NCBI GenBank assembly: GCA_963755245.1
Contig: CAVWJY010000002.1
Span: forward strand, 45,124-109,123
Direction: 5' to 3'
Origin: an uncultured Acidobacteriaceae bacterium
GTDB lineage: Bacteria > Acidobacteriota > Terriglobia > Terriglobales > Acidobacteriaceae
DNA: 64,000 nt
In this document: in pieces, positions 44,746-56,701 of the stretch
How positions within the stretch are numbered: the stretch's first letter is position 1
Layout of the letters: each line of letters begins with the position of its first letter
The notes under the pieces: generated by a model
Told to the model about the DNA's origin: nothing
What the model saw: only the letters and a program-made list of their open reading frames with translations
Database searches by the model: none
Translations under genes and position numbers: made by a program

Positions 44746-45739
44746 ATGGCAACAGACGCGAAGACAGAGGAATCGGCGAGTGGGTCGGTGTGAGGCGGGA
44801 CGGTGACGGCAAAGGCTCCGAAGGGACCCGATATGCGGGTGAAGATTGCTGGGGTGGAGTTGCGTCGCCGGTGATTGCGGCCAGCGGGACGTTTGGCTAT
44901 GGCGTGGAGTTTGAAGAGATCGTCTCGCTGAACAAGATTGGCGCGTTTGTGACCAAGGGACTGTCGCGGGAGCCGATGGCGGGCAATGCTTCGCCGCGGA
45001 TCGTGGAGACGGCGGCGGGGATGATGAATGCGATCGGGCTCCAGAATATGGGGGTGCGGGCGTTCGCCGAGGAGAAGATGCCGAAGCTGCGGGCGATTCC
45101 GGGCGCGGTGGTGATCGCGAATGTCTTCGGGTTCAAGATCGAGGACTGCATCGAGGTGATCCGGGTGCTGAACGACACGCCGGGGATCGCGATGTATGAG
45201 CTGAATGCGAGCTGCCCGAATACGAGCCACGGCGGGATGGTCTTTGGGACCGACTGGAACATGCTGTTCGACCTGACGGGGCGGTGCAAGCCTGTGGCGA
45301 CGCGGCCGCTGATGGTGAAGCTGTCGCCGAATGTGACCAATATCGGCGTGCTGGCGAAGGCGGCGCAGGATGGCGGGGCGGATGCGATCTCGCTGGTGAA
45401 TACGTTTCTGGCGCTGTCGATCGATGTGGAGACGCGGAAGTCGCGGATTGCGAACTTTACCGGCGGGCTGTCGGGGCCGGCGATCAAGCCGATCGCGCTG
45501 CGCATGGTGTATGAGGCGGCGCAGGCGGTGTCGATCCCGGTGGTGGGGCTGGGCGGGATTGTGAAGGCCGAGGATGCGGTGGAGTTTATGCTCGCGGGCG
45601 CGACGGCGGTGCAGGTGGGGACGGCGAGCTACGCGGACCCGCGGGCGGTGGAGAATATCGCGAATGGGCTGACGGCGGTGGTGCGCCGGGCACAATGTGG
45701 CCAAGGTGAGCGAGCTGACGGGCGGCGTTGGTGCGGTAG
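44746..45739 (+). CDS. pyrD: Dihydroorotate dehydrogenase family 1, frameshifted at both ends
   Basis: ASGTFGYG, NAIGLQN, ELNASCPN, VKLSPN, GGLSGPAIKP motifs. Confidence 0.93.
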
Positions 45740-45762
45740 GCGAGGAGATGCTTGAGGCGCAT

Positions 45763-46277
45763 GTCGATGCGGCGATGGGCGTTGGTGCTGGGACCGCTGC
45801 TGCTGGCGGATGCCACGGAGCGGGTGAAGACGCCGAGCGTGGCGATGGCACCGGCGCTGCCGGAGATCCATCTGGATGGGCAGTGCGGGGTGCGGCAGGG
45901 GTGCTGGTCGTTCGACTGCGATCTTGGCTGCTGCTGCGTCTGCCAGCTTGTGGGCACGAAGACGTCGCAGCATGTGGAGAGCGGTCATCCCGAGGACAAG
46001 CGGACGCTGCAGGTGGTGACGGTCCGCGAGCAGGAGTATCGGCTGCAGAATACGACGGCTGGGCTCGGTGGCGTTTGTGCGTGGAGCAGGCGCTGGAGAA
46101 GGGGTGGACGGTGGCGGCGGATTCGGCGCCGGGGACGGTTCAGCGGGCACGACGGCGGTGTTTCGGGTGACGGCGGATCCGGGACAGGTGGTGCGGCTGC
46201 ATGTGAGGACTCGCGGCATGCGGTGCCGATCGAGAAGGCGACGGGAGTCGGAGTACGGGAGTGAGCTGCTGAAGTAG
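45763..46277 (+). CDS. Secreted protein resembling the C-terminal domain of the DUF4139 protein, frameshifted
   Basis: Signal-like MRRWALVLGPLLLA. VREQEYRLQN..FVVEQ..GWTV..VFRVTADPGQVVRLHV aligns by eye with the 22832-25072 protein. Confidence 0.5.
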
Positions 46278-46386
46278 CATGCTGCAGCTGTCGCTGTTAG
46301 CGATCGTGCCGACTATGTACGGGCATGGGCGGCGTCGGCGGCGGCGAAGTCGCGTGGTGCGCGGCGCTTTGCGGTAGAATCCGCCA

Positions 46387-46591
46387 TGTGGATACGGCGG
46401 CGTGAGCATGGATGGTGCGGCGGTCGGGAGTCGCGGTGGTGGGGCTGGCGATTGCGGCTATCGGTCGTGGAGGGCGCATGGCGATTGGAGCGCTCGCAAT
46501 CGGCAGGCTGGCGATTGGGCGCGGGCACATCGAGAGGCTGAGCATCGGGGAGTTGACGGTCGATCGGCTGATTGTGAAGCAGCGTGTGTAG
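46387..46591 (+). CDS. Small Gly-zipper-like hypothetical protein, frameshifted
   Basis: C-terminal MAIGALAIGRLAIGRGHIERLSIGELTVDRLIVKQRV*. TAGAAT just upstream. Confidence 0.5.
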
Positions 46592-46657
46592 GCCGTGAGG
46601 CCGTAGGCCGATGGCTGGAGTGGACTGGGACTGTGGGCGCGGGGATAGAATAGTCGG

Positions 46658-48310
46658 GTGAATATTGAGTGCATTACCGACACGAATCCTGAGTTGTCCG
46701 GGGACCTTCGTCCCATTCGCCGCGCCCTGCTGTCTGTGACCGACAAGACGGGCCTTGTGGAGTTTGCACGCACGCTGGCGGGGTTTGGCGTGGAGCTGGT
46801 CTCGACCGGGGGGACGGCGAAGGCGCTGCGCGAGGCGGGGCTGACGGTGCGCGATATCAGCGACCTGACCGGGTTTCCGGAGATGCTGGATGGCCGGGTG
46901 AAGACGCTGCACCCGAAGGTGCATGGCGGCATCCTGCACATGCGGCACAATGCGGAGCACATGGCGGCGGTGGCCGAGCATGCGATCGAGCCGATCGACA
47001 TGGTGGTGGTGAATCTGTACGCGTTTGAGAAGACGGCCGCGAAGCCGGGCGTGGCGTTCTCGGACATTATCGAGAACATCGATATTGGCGGGCCGTCGAT
47101 GGTGCGGTCGGCGGCGAAGAACTTCGAGGATGTGGCGATTGTGACGTCGGTGGCCGACTACGACGCGCTGGCGGCGGAGCTGGCGGAGAACAAGGGCAGC
47201 CTGACGCGGGCGACGCGGTGGCGGCTGGCGCAAGCAGGCGTTTGCGACGACGGCGGCGTATGACGCGGGGATCGCGACGACGCTGGAGAGCGATTGTGGA
47301 GCCGGGAGCCGCAGGGCGAGCCGGCGAAGTTCGATACGGAGGCGCTGCCGCCGACGATCCGGATTGATCGAGAAGGTCGAAGAAGGTGCTGCGGTATGGC
47401 GAGAATCCGCACCAGCGGGCGGCGCTGTATATCGATGGCATCGGGCAAGGGGATTGCCGCCGGCGCGGCAGCTGCAGGGCAAGGAGCTGAGCTACAACAA
47501 CCTCGTCGATCTGGACGCGTGCTGGGAGCTGGTGAGCGAGTTTGCGGGGGCCGAAGACGCCGCCGTGGCGATCATCAAGCACACCAATCCGTGCGGCGCG
47601 GCGACGGGCGCGACGGTGCTCGAGGCGTACCAGCGGGCGCTGGAGGCGGATCCGGTGTCGGCGTTCGGCGGCGTGATCGGCATCAACCGCGAGGTGGATG
47701 CGGCGGCGGCGGAGGAGATCGCGAAGCTGTTTGTGGAGGCGATTGTGGCGCCGTCGTTTACGGCGGAGGCGCTGGAGCGGTTTGCGGCGAAGAAGAACCT
47801 GCGGCTGATGGAGATTACGCCGGCGCAGGCGGCAAGCGGCGGATGCTGAAGCAGGTTTCGGGCGGGTTGCTGGTGCAGGATGCCGATCTGCTGCGGGTGA
47901 CCGAGGCGGAGCTGAAGGTGGTGACCGAGCGCGCAGCCGACGCCGGAGGAGATGCGGGCGCTGCTGTTTGCGTGGAGCGTGTGCAAGCATGTGAAGTCGA
48001 ATGCGATTGTGTATGCGCCGGTTCGATGGCGGACATGGGCAGACGGTCGGCATCGGCGCGGGGCAGATGAGCCGGGTGGATGCGGCGCGGTTTGGCGCGA
48101 TGAAGGCGGTGCTGCCGCTGGCCGGGACGGTGGCGGCGTCGGACGCGTTCTTCCCGTTCCCGGATGGGCTGGAGACGGTGGCGGAGGCGGGGGCGACGGC
48201 GGTGATTCAGCCGGGCGGGTCGGTGCGGGACGCCGAGGTGATTGAGGCGGCGAACCGGCTGGGCGTGGCGATGGTGTTCACCGGGAGTACGGCATTTCCG
48301 CCACGGCTGA
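46658..48310 (+). CDS. purH: AICAR transformylase/IMP cyclohydrolase (several indels)
   Basis: [55 protein letters not shown] motifs. Confidence 0.95.
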
Positions 48311-48490
48311 GCGTTGCGGAAGCGGAGGCATCGGGGCTGCGCGGCTGGCGGAAAGACGGCTATAATTGCTGCCAGTATCGTGCCGCCGAACGCCCGCCGG
48401 GGCGGACCGCATCCAATGGATGGCAGCGCTTCCGTCTAAACAGTGTTGTGTCTTCTATCTACAATCCGTCGGCTCAGGAACCTATAACCA

Positions 48491-50614
48491 ATGACCTTGC
48501 TCTGCGTAGCACCGTACTCTCCTCCTGCCGCCGCTTCTTGCCGCTTGCTGTGCTGTGTGCGACCAGCCACATGCTGGTGGCGCAGACGTTGAAGCATCGC
48601 TCCGGGACACGGCGGCTGACGACCGCGCCGGCTGCGAGCCGCCGGAGCGCCGGATCGCTGCGGCCTCCTACTACCACTACGGGCTGGCGCATCTCTATGA
48701 AGAGATGGCGGTGAATGCGGGGCGGCCGGACTATGCGACGCAGGCGGTGGAGGAGTACAAGCTGGCGCTGGACGCCGATCCGAACTCGGCGCTGCTGCAG
48801 GATGGGCTGGCGGATCTGTACTTCAAGATGGGGCGGATCAGGAGGCGGTGACGGCGGCGAAGGACCAGATCAAGCGGAACCCGGACGATCTGGAGGCGCA
48901 CAAGCTGCTGGGGCAAGGTCTATCTGCGGTCGCTGGGCGATATGCAGGGGGCGCAGTCGAGCGAGATGCTGCAGCTGGCGATGGCCGAGTATGAGACGAT
49001 CGCGCGGCTGAAGCCGAACGATCTGGAGACGCACGCTGCTGCTGGGGCAGCTGTATGGGCTGAACCATGACTCGGCCAAGGCCGAGGCGGAGTTCAAGGC
49101 GGCGCAGAAGATCGACGCCAACTCGGAAGAGGTGGTGCTGAACATGGCGCGGCTGTACAGCGAGGAGGGCGACACGCAGCGCGCGATCGAGACGCTGGCG
49201 GCGGTTCCGGTGGGCAGACCGGACGGCGCGCGAGGAGTTTGCGCTGGCGGGCAGCTACGACCAGTTGAAGAAGCCGAAGGAGGCCGCGGCGGCGTATCGG
49301 CGGTCGCTGGATCTGGAGCCGGACAACCTGGACAGCGCAGCGTGGGCTGGCCAATGCGCTGATGGTGCAGGGGCAGCTGGACGAGGCGCTGAAGATGTTC
49401 GGCGAGCTGCTGGCGGCGGAGCCGAACGACGTGCAGTCGCAGATTCATGTGTCGGAGATTCAGCGGCGGCAGGGGCACTACGATCGAGGCGCTGGCGACG
49501 CTGGAGAAGGCCAAGGCGCTGGCGCAAGGATGACGCGGAGTTGAGCTACAACGAGGCGCTGATCTACGACGCGCTGGGGCGGTACGACGAGGCGATCGGG
49601 GTGCTGAAGGGGCTGCTGGATTCGACGGCGCGAGCCGGATGGCAAGTACTCGGATGGGGAGAAGCCGAACCGGGCGATCTTCCTGGATCGGCTGGGGATC
49701 ATCTACGGCGAGCAGAACGAGACGCGAAGGCGGTGGAGGTGTACAAGCAGGAGATCGACCTGGGCGGCGACTTTGTGTCGCGCGGCTACCAGGGCGAGGT
49801 GGACGCGTACCGCGACGCGCACCAGTGGAAGGAGGCGACGGCGGCTGCGGCGGAGGCGGCGGCGGCGCTGCCGAAGGACAAGCAGGTGCAGCTGGTCTAT
49901 GCGCAGGAGCTGACCGACACGGGGCAAGGTGGACCGAGGGGCTGGCGCTGGCCAATGCGCAGTTGAAGGGAACGCCGGACGATCGCGATGTGGAAGAGGG
50001 GCTGGCGACGATCTACATCCGGCTGAAGCGCTATAACGAGGCGCAGAGCAGCTGGACAAGGCCGAGGCGCTGACCACGCAAGCCGACGACCGGCTGTATC
50101 TCTACTTCCTGCGCGGCGAGCTGGCGGATCGGCAGAAGAGTACGACGAGGCCGAGATCGAGTTCAGAAGGCGCTGGCGATCGATCCGCAGAACCCGACGA
50201 TGCTGAACTATCTGGGTTACATGAATGCGGACCGAGGGCGTGAAGCTGCCGGAGGCGCTGGCGCAGATTCAGAAGGCGGTGGAGCTGGATCCGCAGAACT
50301 ACGCGTTCCTGGATTCGCTGGGCTGGGTGTACTTCAAGCTGGGCCAGTACACGCGAGGCGAGGAGAATCTGCAGAAGGCGATGGAGCGGAGCGCGAGCGA
50401 TCCGACCGTGCACGACCATCTGGGCGAGCTGTACGAGAAGACGGGCAAGCTGAAGATGGCGGTGGCGCAGTGGGAGCGGTCGATGACGGAGTACGCGCAC
50501 TCGCTGCCGGCGGATGCGGATCCGGTGGATGTGGCCAAGGTGCAGCACAAGCTGGAGGGCGCCCGGGTGAAGCTGGCCAAGGTGAATACGGCGGCGGAGA
50601 AGGCGGAGAAGTAG
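48491..50614 (+). CDS. Tetratricopeptide repeat protein (exported), many indels
   Basis: TPR fragments [47 protein letters not shown]. Confidence 0.8.
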
Positions 50615-50719
50615 GCGCCTCCGGATGGCTCCGGCAAGCTCTTCGAGTTCGTGCAGGAAAACAATCACTGCGCGACTGGACACGTTTGTTCGTCGCGCAG
50701 TGCTTTGTGAGGCGCGGTG

Positions 50720-51905
50720 ATGAGCCGGAGTGAGCGCGATCCGGTACACTGCGGAGGTATGGGAGACGAGCTGCAGTACTGCGCGGTGGACGGTGGGCCG
50801 GAGGATCGGCTCTGTGCGCGGGTGTATCCGGCGCCGCCGCGGGCGCATCGCGTCGGAGTTTCAGCGGGACCGGGACCGCATTGTGCAGGCGCGGGCGTTT
50901 CGCCGGCTGGCGGGCAAGACGCAGGTGTTTACCAGCCGGGCGTCGGACCACTTTCGCAGCCGGCTGACGCATACCATCGAGGTGGCGCAGATTGCGCGCG
51001 ATGTGGCGCAGGCGCTGGGGCTGAATGAGGACCTGGCGGAGACGCTGGCGCTGGTGCACGACATCGGGCATCCGCCGTTTGGGCATGCCGGGGAGCGGGC
51101 GCTGGACGCGTGTTTGAAGCGGCATGGGCTGCGCTTCGATCACAACCTGCATGCGCTGCGGATTGTGGAGCACTTTGAGCAGCGGTATGCGGCGCATCGC
51201 GGGATTGAACCTGACGCTGGGGGTGCGCGAGGGGATCATCAAGCACTCGCGGGACTACGACGCGGAGCAGCATCCGGCGCTGGCGGAGTTACTTGCTGGG
51301 CGAGCGGCCGCCGCTCGAGGCGCAGTTGATCGATCTGGCGGATGAGATTGCGTACCTGACGGCGGATCTGGACGATGGGGTGGAGTCGGGGCTGCTGGAG
51401 ATCCGGCATATCCGCGAGCATGTGGACATTCTGGCGGCGGTGCTATGCGGTGGTGGAGCGGGAGCACGCGGGGGTCGAGGAGAAGTATCTGTTCAACGAG
51501 GCGCTGCAGTTGATGCAGCACGCGCTGACGGATGATCTGATTGCGACGACGCGGCGCAATGTGGAGGCGATCGGGGCGCGGTCGCTGGACGGATGTGCGG
51601 CGGCATCCGCAGCGGCTGGCGGTGTTCTCGGAGCAGGCGGAGCGGGAGCGGCTGCAGGAGAAGCAGTATCTGTACGACACGCTGTATACGTGCGCGGAGC
51701 TGGAGAACGAGCATGACAAGGCGGAGCAGGTGGTGACGGAGCTGTTCGATTTCTGGATCGAGAACCCGGAGGAGCTGCCGCAGGGGTACTTCGACGGAGC
51801 GAGTCGGAGGGGCTGGCGCGGACGGTGGCGGACTATATCGCGGGCATGACGGACAGCTTCATCCTGCTGCAGTATGCGGCGGTGAAGCGGATGGTGCGGC
51901 GGTAG
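50720..51905 (+). CDS. dgt: Deoxyguanosinetriphosphate triphosphohydrolase, frameshifted
   Basis: [49 protein letters not shown] motifs. Confidence 0.9.
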
Positions 51906-52007
51906 GCGGCGCGTCGGGCGACGGAGCGTACGAAGGTTGGGCAGTACGGCGTTTTGAGGCGAGGACGCGGCGTCCTATGGAGAGCCTGCGGTGAACGCGG
52001 TTGAGCA

Positions 52008-52519
52008 GTGGCTACGATGAGCAAAAGCCGTGGATTGAGCAACTTGCCGCAGTGATCAAGGAGAAGGATCGTGAGGCGGCGAATGCGTATGGCGTGAGCA
52101 GCATCGGCTGGAGGTGGTGAAGACGAAGGGGCATGAGTTTTTTGTGCGGCTGGCGCAGGAGCTGGAGGGGGACTTCAGCGGAGATCAAGGCGGAGCTGCA
52201 GGGCGATGTGACGGCGTGCGGAGACGAGCATCGAGAGCAATGGGGGTCGAGCAGGTGATGATGGCGCGGAGCCGGTTTCCGTGGTTCGATGCGGTGCTGC
52301 GGTATGAGCAGGCGACGATGGTGCTGGACTACGCGCAGGGCAAGGGCGTCGGCGGGCGATCCGAAGACCGTGGCGGAGCGGAAGGTGACGGTGTTCTCGT
52401 TTGCGGTGACGGAGGAGGATCGGTTGCTGGTGGAGGAGGGGCTCGGCGAGCATCCGCAACGGTATCGGGAGCCGGAGGAGCTGGCGCGGCATATTATGGA
52501 GATCCTGTTCGCGGCGTAG
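52008..52519 (+). CDS. Hypothetical protein, frameshifted
   Basis: Continuous coding-like text across frames: PWIEQLAAVIKEKDREAA...RSRFPWFDA...PEELARHIMEILFAA*. Confidence 0.6.
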
Positions 52520-52634
52520 AGCTCGGTTGGCAAATACAGGTCGAGTGGACGAGGCGCCGCTCTTCGGCGGATGGCCAGGAGGCGCGTTGGTTTGTAGCCG
52601 GCGCGCTAAAGTGATACGAGGAGATTTTTTGAGC

Positions 52635-53507
52635 GTGAGTCGTGTGAAGCTGGTGGAGTGTCCGCGGGATGGGTGGCATGGGATTGCCGAAGCCGATGCC
52701 GGCGGAGGTGAAGGCGGATTATCTGCGGACGTTGATCGCCGCGGGGTTTCTGCATGTCGATGCGGTGAGCTTTGTGTCGCGGTCGGCGGTGCCGCAGATG
52801 TCGGATGCGGAGCTGGTGCTGGAGTATCTGGATCCGCCGGACGATGTCGAGATCCTTGGGCACGGTGGTGGAGGTGAAGGGCGCGGAGCGGGCGATCAAG
52901 ACCGGCGCGGTGCAGACGCTGGTGTTTCCGTACTCGATCTCGGCGGGTTTTCTGGAGCGCAATCAGGCGCAGTCGCCGGAGGAGGCGCTGGACGCGCTGG
53001 AGGAGGTGGGCACGGCGGCGTTCAAGGCTGGGCTGGACCTGTCGGCGCGGGTGGCGATGGCGTTCGGGAATCCGTTTGGCGATGCGTGGTCGATCGACGA
53101 GGTGGTGGATGGGATCGATCTGCTGGCCGATACCGGCGTGACGCAGATTACGCTGGTGGACGATCTGGGGCGGGCGACGCCGAAGCAGATCGCGGACCTG
53201 TTCAGCGATGTGACGGCGGTGCATGACGAGCTGGAGATCGGGCTGCATCTGCGGACGCGGGCGGAGGATGCGGCGGAGAAGATTCGGGCGGCGTATCGCG
53301 GCGGGATGCCGGCGGTTCGAGAGCGCGATCGGCGGGGTGGGAACGTCGCTGTTTGGGGAGGATCCCGCGGTGACGAACGTCGCGACCGAGGTGCTGCTGG
53401 CGGAGCTGCGCGAGCTGGGGGCGGAGCTGGAGCCGCTGCGGCCGCTGGATGGGCTGGTGACGGCGAGCGCGGAGATCGTGAAGAAGTTTGGCGCGCGGGT
53501 GCAGTAA
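52635..53507 (+). CDS. HMG-CoA lyase-like (DRE-TIM) protein with divergent active site, frameshifted
   Basis: KLVECPRD, VSFVS..VPQMSD, MAFGNP, GCRRF..NVATE motifs. HxH and GGCP motifs altered. Confidence 0.8.
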
Positions 53508-53600
53508 GACAGGGAACAGGGATTAGATGCGGGTAGGCGCACAGTGCGGGCACCCGGTGAATTTAGGTTTGCGTCAAAGGAAGACGGTCGTGCTGTGCAC

Positions 53601-53644
53601 TCCCACCCTGCCCCGATAAGACCGGGGCGAGGATGGGGCACCCG
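53601..53644 (+). repeat. Palindromic repeat, D unit
   Basis: CCCACCCTGCCCCGATAAGACCGGGGCGAGGATGGGGCACCCG. Confidence 0.75.
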
Positions 53645-53692
53645 GTTCGGAGTCTTGGCTGGGAGGTTTGGAGGAGATCGTTGGAGAGTGTG

Positions 53693-54108
53693 ATGGAGCA
53701 GCAGGTTTCGGAGACGCGGGTTCGGGTGCGGTACGCTGAGACCGATCAGATGGGCGTGGTGTATCACGCGAACTACCTGGTGTGGTTCGAGGTAGGGCGA
53801 GTGGAGTTCATGCGGCAGCTGGGCTGGACTACAAGACGCTGGAGCAGGAGGAGCAGTGCGGCATCGCGGTGGTGGAGGCGACGGCGCGGTATCGGGCTCC
53901 GGCACGGTATGACGATGAGCTGATCGTGCGGACGGAGTTGACGGCGGCGCGGGGGCCGGTGATCAAGTTCGCGTACACGGTGGTGCGGGCGGCCGACGAC
54001 GTGGTGCTGTGCGAGGGCCAGACCGTGCACGTGGTGGTGGGCAAGGATATGAAGAAGCGCCTGCTGCCGGCGAAATATGCGGAACGTTTTGCGGAGCTGG
54101 TCATCTGA
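53693..54108 (+). CDS. YbgC/FadM-family acyl-CoA thioesterase (frameshift near 53822)
   Basis: [25 protein letters not shown] and PARYDDEL motifs. Confidence 0.88.
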
Positions 54109-54193
54109 TAGTTGCAGTGCAGGACAGTACAGATCCAGCCGCTTCCGTATGCGGGTGGGCAAGATTTTATAGAGAGATTGAGGGGAGATTGCG

Positions 54194-54934
54194 ATGAGCG
54201 AGCAGAAGAAGATTGCGTTGATTACCGGAGCGAACAAGGGCATTGGGTTCGAGACGGCGCGGCAGCTGGCCAAGCAGGGCGTTGTGGTGCTGCTGGGCGC
54301 GCGCGACCTGGCCAAGGGCGAGGCCGCGGCGAAGACGCTCGCGGGCGAAGGGCTGACGGTGCGGGCGGTGAAGATCGACGTGGACAATCGCGCGGATCAT
54401 GCGGCGATCGCGGCGCTGATCGAGAAGGAGTACGGCGTGCTCGACATCCTGGTGAACAATGCGGGCGTGATGCGGGATAACTTCCCGGCTCCGAACGAGA
54501 CCAGCACGACCAGCGATGCGGTGCTGCGCGAGACCTTCGAGACGAACTTCTTCGCCCTGGTGGCGCTGACGCAGACGCTGCTGCCGCTGGTGCGCAAGAG
54601 CGAGGCGGGGCGCATCGTGAACCTGTCGAGCATCCTGGGATCGCTGTCGCTGCATGCGACGCCGGGTTCGCCGATCTATGACGGGAAGATCTTTGCGTAC
54701 AACACGTCGAAGGCGGCGCTGAACTCGTTCACGATCCACCTGGCGCACGAGCTGGCGGGGACGAAGATCAAGGTGAACTCGGCGCATCCGGGCTGGGTGA
54801 AGACGGATATGGGCACGGACGCGGCTCCGATGGAGCTGGTCGACGGAGCGAAGACCGGCGTGTGGCTGGCGACGCTGCCGGAGAGCGGACCGACGGGCGG
54901 GTTCTTCCACATGCAGGACGCGATCACCTGGTAG
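54194..54934 (+). CDS. Short-chain dehydrogenase/reductase (carbonyl reductase-like)
   Basis: [17 protein letters not shown] and HPGWVKTDM motifs. Confidence 0.92.
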   Translation: MSEQKKIALITGANKGIGFETARQLAKQGVVVLLGARDLAKGEAAAKTLAGEGLTVRAVKIDVDNRADHAAIAALIEKEYGVLDILVNNAGVMRDNFPAPNETSTTSDAVLRETFETNFFALVALTQTLLPLVRKSEAGRIVNLSSILGSLSLHATPGSPIYDGKIFAYNTSKAALNSFTIHLAHELAGTKIKVNSAHPGWVKTDMGTDAAPMELVDGAKTGVWLATLPESGPTGGFFHMQDAITW

Positions 54935-55362
54935 TTAGAGCTGGTAGTTAGAGGCAGGCCGCGGGGCTTGACGTGCTCGCGGATGAATTGAACGGTAGTA
55001 TCGAGCGGCGTTCCCGGTCCGAAGATGGCCGAGACGCCGCTTTGTTTCATGGCGGCGGCGTCCTGGTCGGGGATGGTGCCGCCGAGGACGAGGAGGATGT
55101 CTTCGGCGTGCTGCTCGCGGAGCAGCTGGGCGATGCGGGGGACGAGGACGGTGTGGGCGCCGGAGAGGATGGAGAGGCCGATGCAGTCGACGTCCTCCTG
55201 GATGGCGGCGTTGACGATGCTCTCGGGGGTCTGGCGGAGGCCGGTGTAGATGACCTCCATGCCGGCGTCGCGGAGGGCGCGGGCGATGATCTTGGCGCCG
55301 CGGTCGTGGCCGTCGAGGCCGGGCTTGGCGACCAGAACACGGATTGGAGCGGCGCCGGACAT
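54935..55362 (-). CDS. Cobalamin-binding domain protein (methylmalonyl-CoA mutase C-terminal subunit)
   Basis: [28 protein letters not shown] motifs. 3' end approximate. Confidence 0.9.
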
Positions 55363-55419
55363 TGCTGGAGAGTATACCCGGTCGCGGTGCCCTGGAGGGC
55401 GGACGCTGACCGGAGGAAC

Positions 55420-55755
55420 TCAGGCCAGGGTGATGGAGTCGTCGTGGAGGTGCTCGCGGAGCAGGCGCTGGGTGAGGGGGCGGAGCGCTTCGCCGGTCTT
55501 GGGCAGGGTGAAGGCGTGGGCGGTCTCGTCCCACTCGAGCTTGAAGCTGGTGGACTGGGCGGAGATCCAGATCTGGCGGACCGGGGTGTTGGGGGTGAAG
55601 ACGAACTTGCTGGTGCCGTCTTCAAAGAGGACGTTGAGGACGCCGTTGTTGTCTTCGGCCTCGAAGCCGCCGTCTTCTTCGGCGGCGATGAGGGACTGCT
55701 TGAGGGATTCGAGGGCGCGATCGGACTCGCGGCGGAAGGTGGCTTCGTCAATCAT
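55420..55755 (-). CDS. cyaY: Frataxin/CyaY iron donor
   Basis: Acidic N-terminal helix, GVLNV, PVRQIWISA motifs. Confidence 0.85.
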   Translation of the reverse strand: MIDEATFRRESDRALESLKQSLIAAEEDGGFEAEDNNGVLNVLFEDGTSKFVFTPNTPVRQIWISAQSTSFKLEWDETAHAFTLPKTGEALRPLTQRLLREHLHDDSITLA

Positions 55756-55829
55756 GGAATTAGTTTACCGGTTGCGGCGGTGGAACTTTTGCGGACGACC
55801 GTGCGTATGATGGCCGGGGAGGAAAGTGC

Positions 55830-56701
55830 ATGATGCGACGCGTGTGTGCAGGAGTGGTGTTTTCCGGCTTGCTGTTGGGCGGAGTGAGCCTGTTTGCGCA
55901 GGGAGGACCTGCGTGGGAGAAGAGCTACGCGGTGAGCGGGCAGCCGGTGCTGGCGCTGGAGGTGAGCGACAGCGGGATGACGGTGCGCTCGTGCGGCGAG
56001 TGCCGGGCGGTGCATGTCCGGGTCGAGATGGAGGGCGCAAAGCTGTCGGACTATCGGCTGGAGGAGAGCCAGAGCGGGAACACGATTCATTTCTCCCTGA
56101 AGGAGAAGCCGCATAGTGGATTCCACATTGGGATGCGTTCGCAGTCGGTGAAGGTGCTGGTGGAGACGCCGGCAAATGTAACCTTGGACGGTCGGAGTGC
56201 GGACGGGAGCCTGAGCGTGCACGGCCTGCATGGGGAGATCAATCTGGCCAGCAGCGACGGCAGTCTGGATGTGGAGGATGTCTCGGGAAACCTGAAGCTG
56301 CGGACCAGCGACGGAAGTCTGCGGGTGCGGGGCGGACGCGGGCGGCTGGAGGCGCACAGCTCGGATGGGAGCCAGGACATCGCGGGCTCGTTCGAGTCGT
56401 GGCAGGTCGCGAGCAGCGATGGCTCGCTCAAGCTGGAGCTGCTGCGAGGGAACGAAGCTGAGTGGGCCGTCCACGGTGGAGAGCAGGGATGGCAGCCTCA
56501 CCATGCGGGTGCCGCGGGATCTGGCGGCGGAGTTCGATATGCAGCACCCGGGATGGCGGGTTGCGGAGCGAGCTTCCGCTGATGAGCGATGGATACGACA
56601 GCCGCGGCGGTGGGCACTCGGTGCATGGCAGGATGAACGGCGGTGGGCCGCTGGTGACGGTCCGCAGCAGCGATGGCAGTGTGCGGGTGGAAGCAAGCTA
56701 A
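55830..56701 (+). CDS. DUF4097 beta-strand repeat (adhesin-like) protein, frameshifted
   Basis: Signal peptide. Repeated SSDGS/TSDGS units ending GGPLVTVRSSDGSVRV. Confidence 0.8.

Noticed and set aside
46592-46657. Possible ZTP riboswitch before purH (and purine riboswitch before NCS2, 2696-2765)
   Set aside because: Consensus elements absent and leaders too short. purH appears leaderless.
50720-51905. dGTPase as an anti-phage defence gene
   Set aside because: Housekeeping-type short Dgt with host-like codon bias in a core neighbourhood. No defence-island context.
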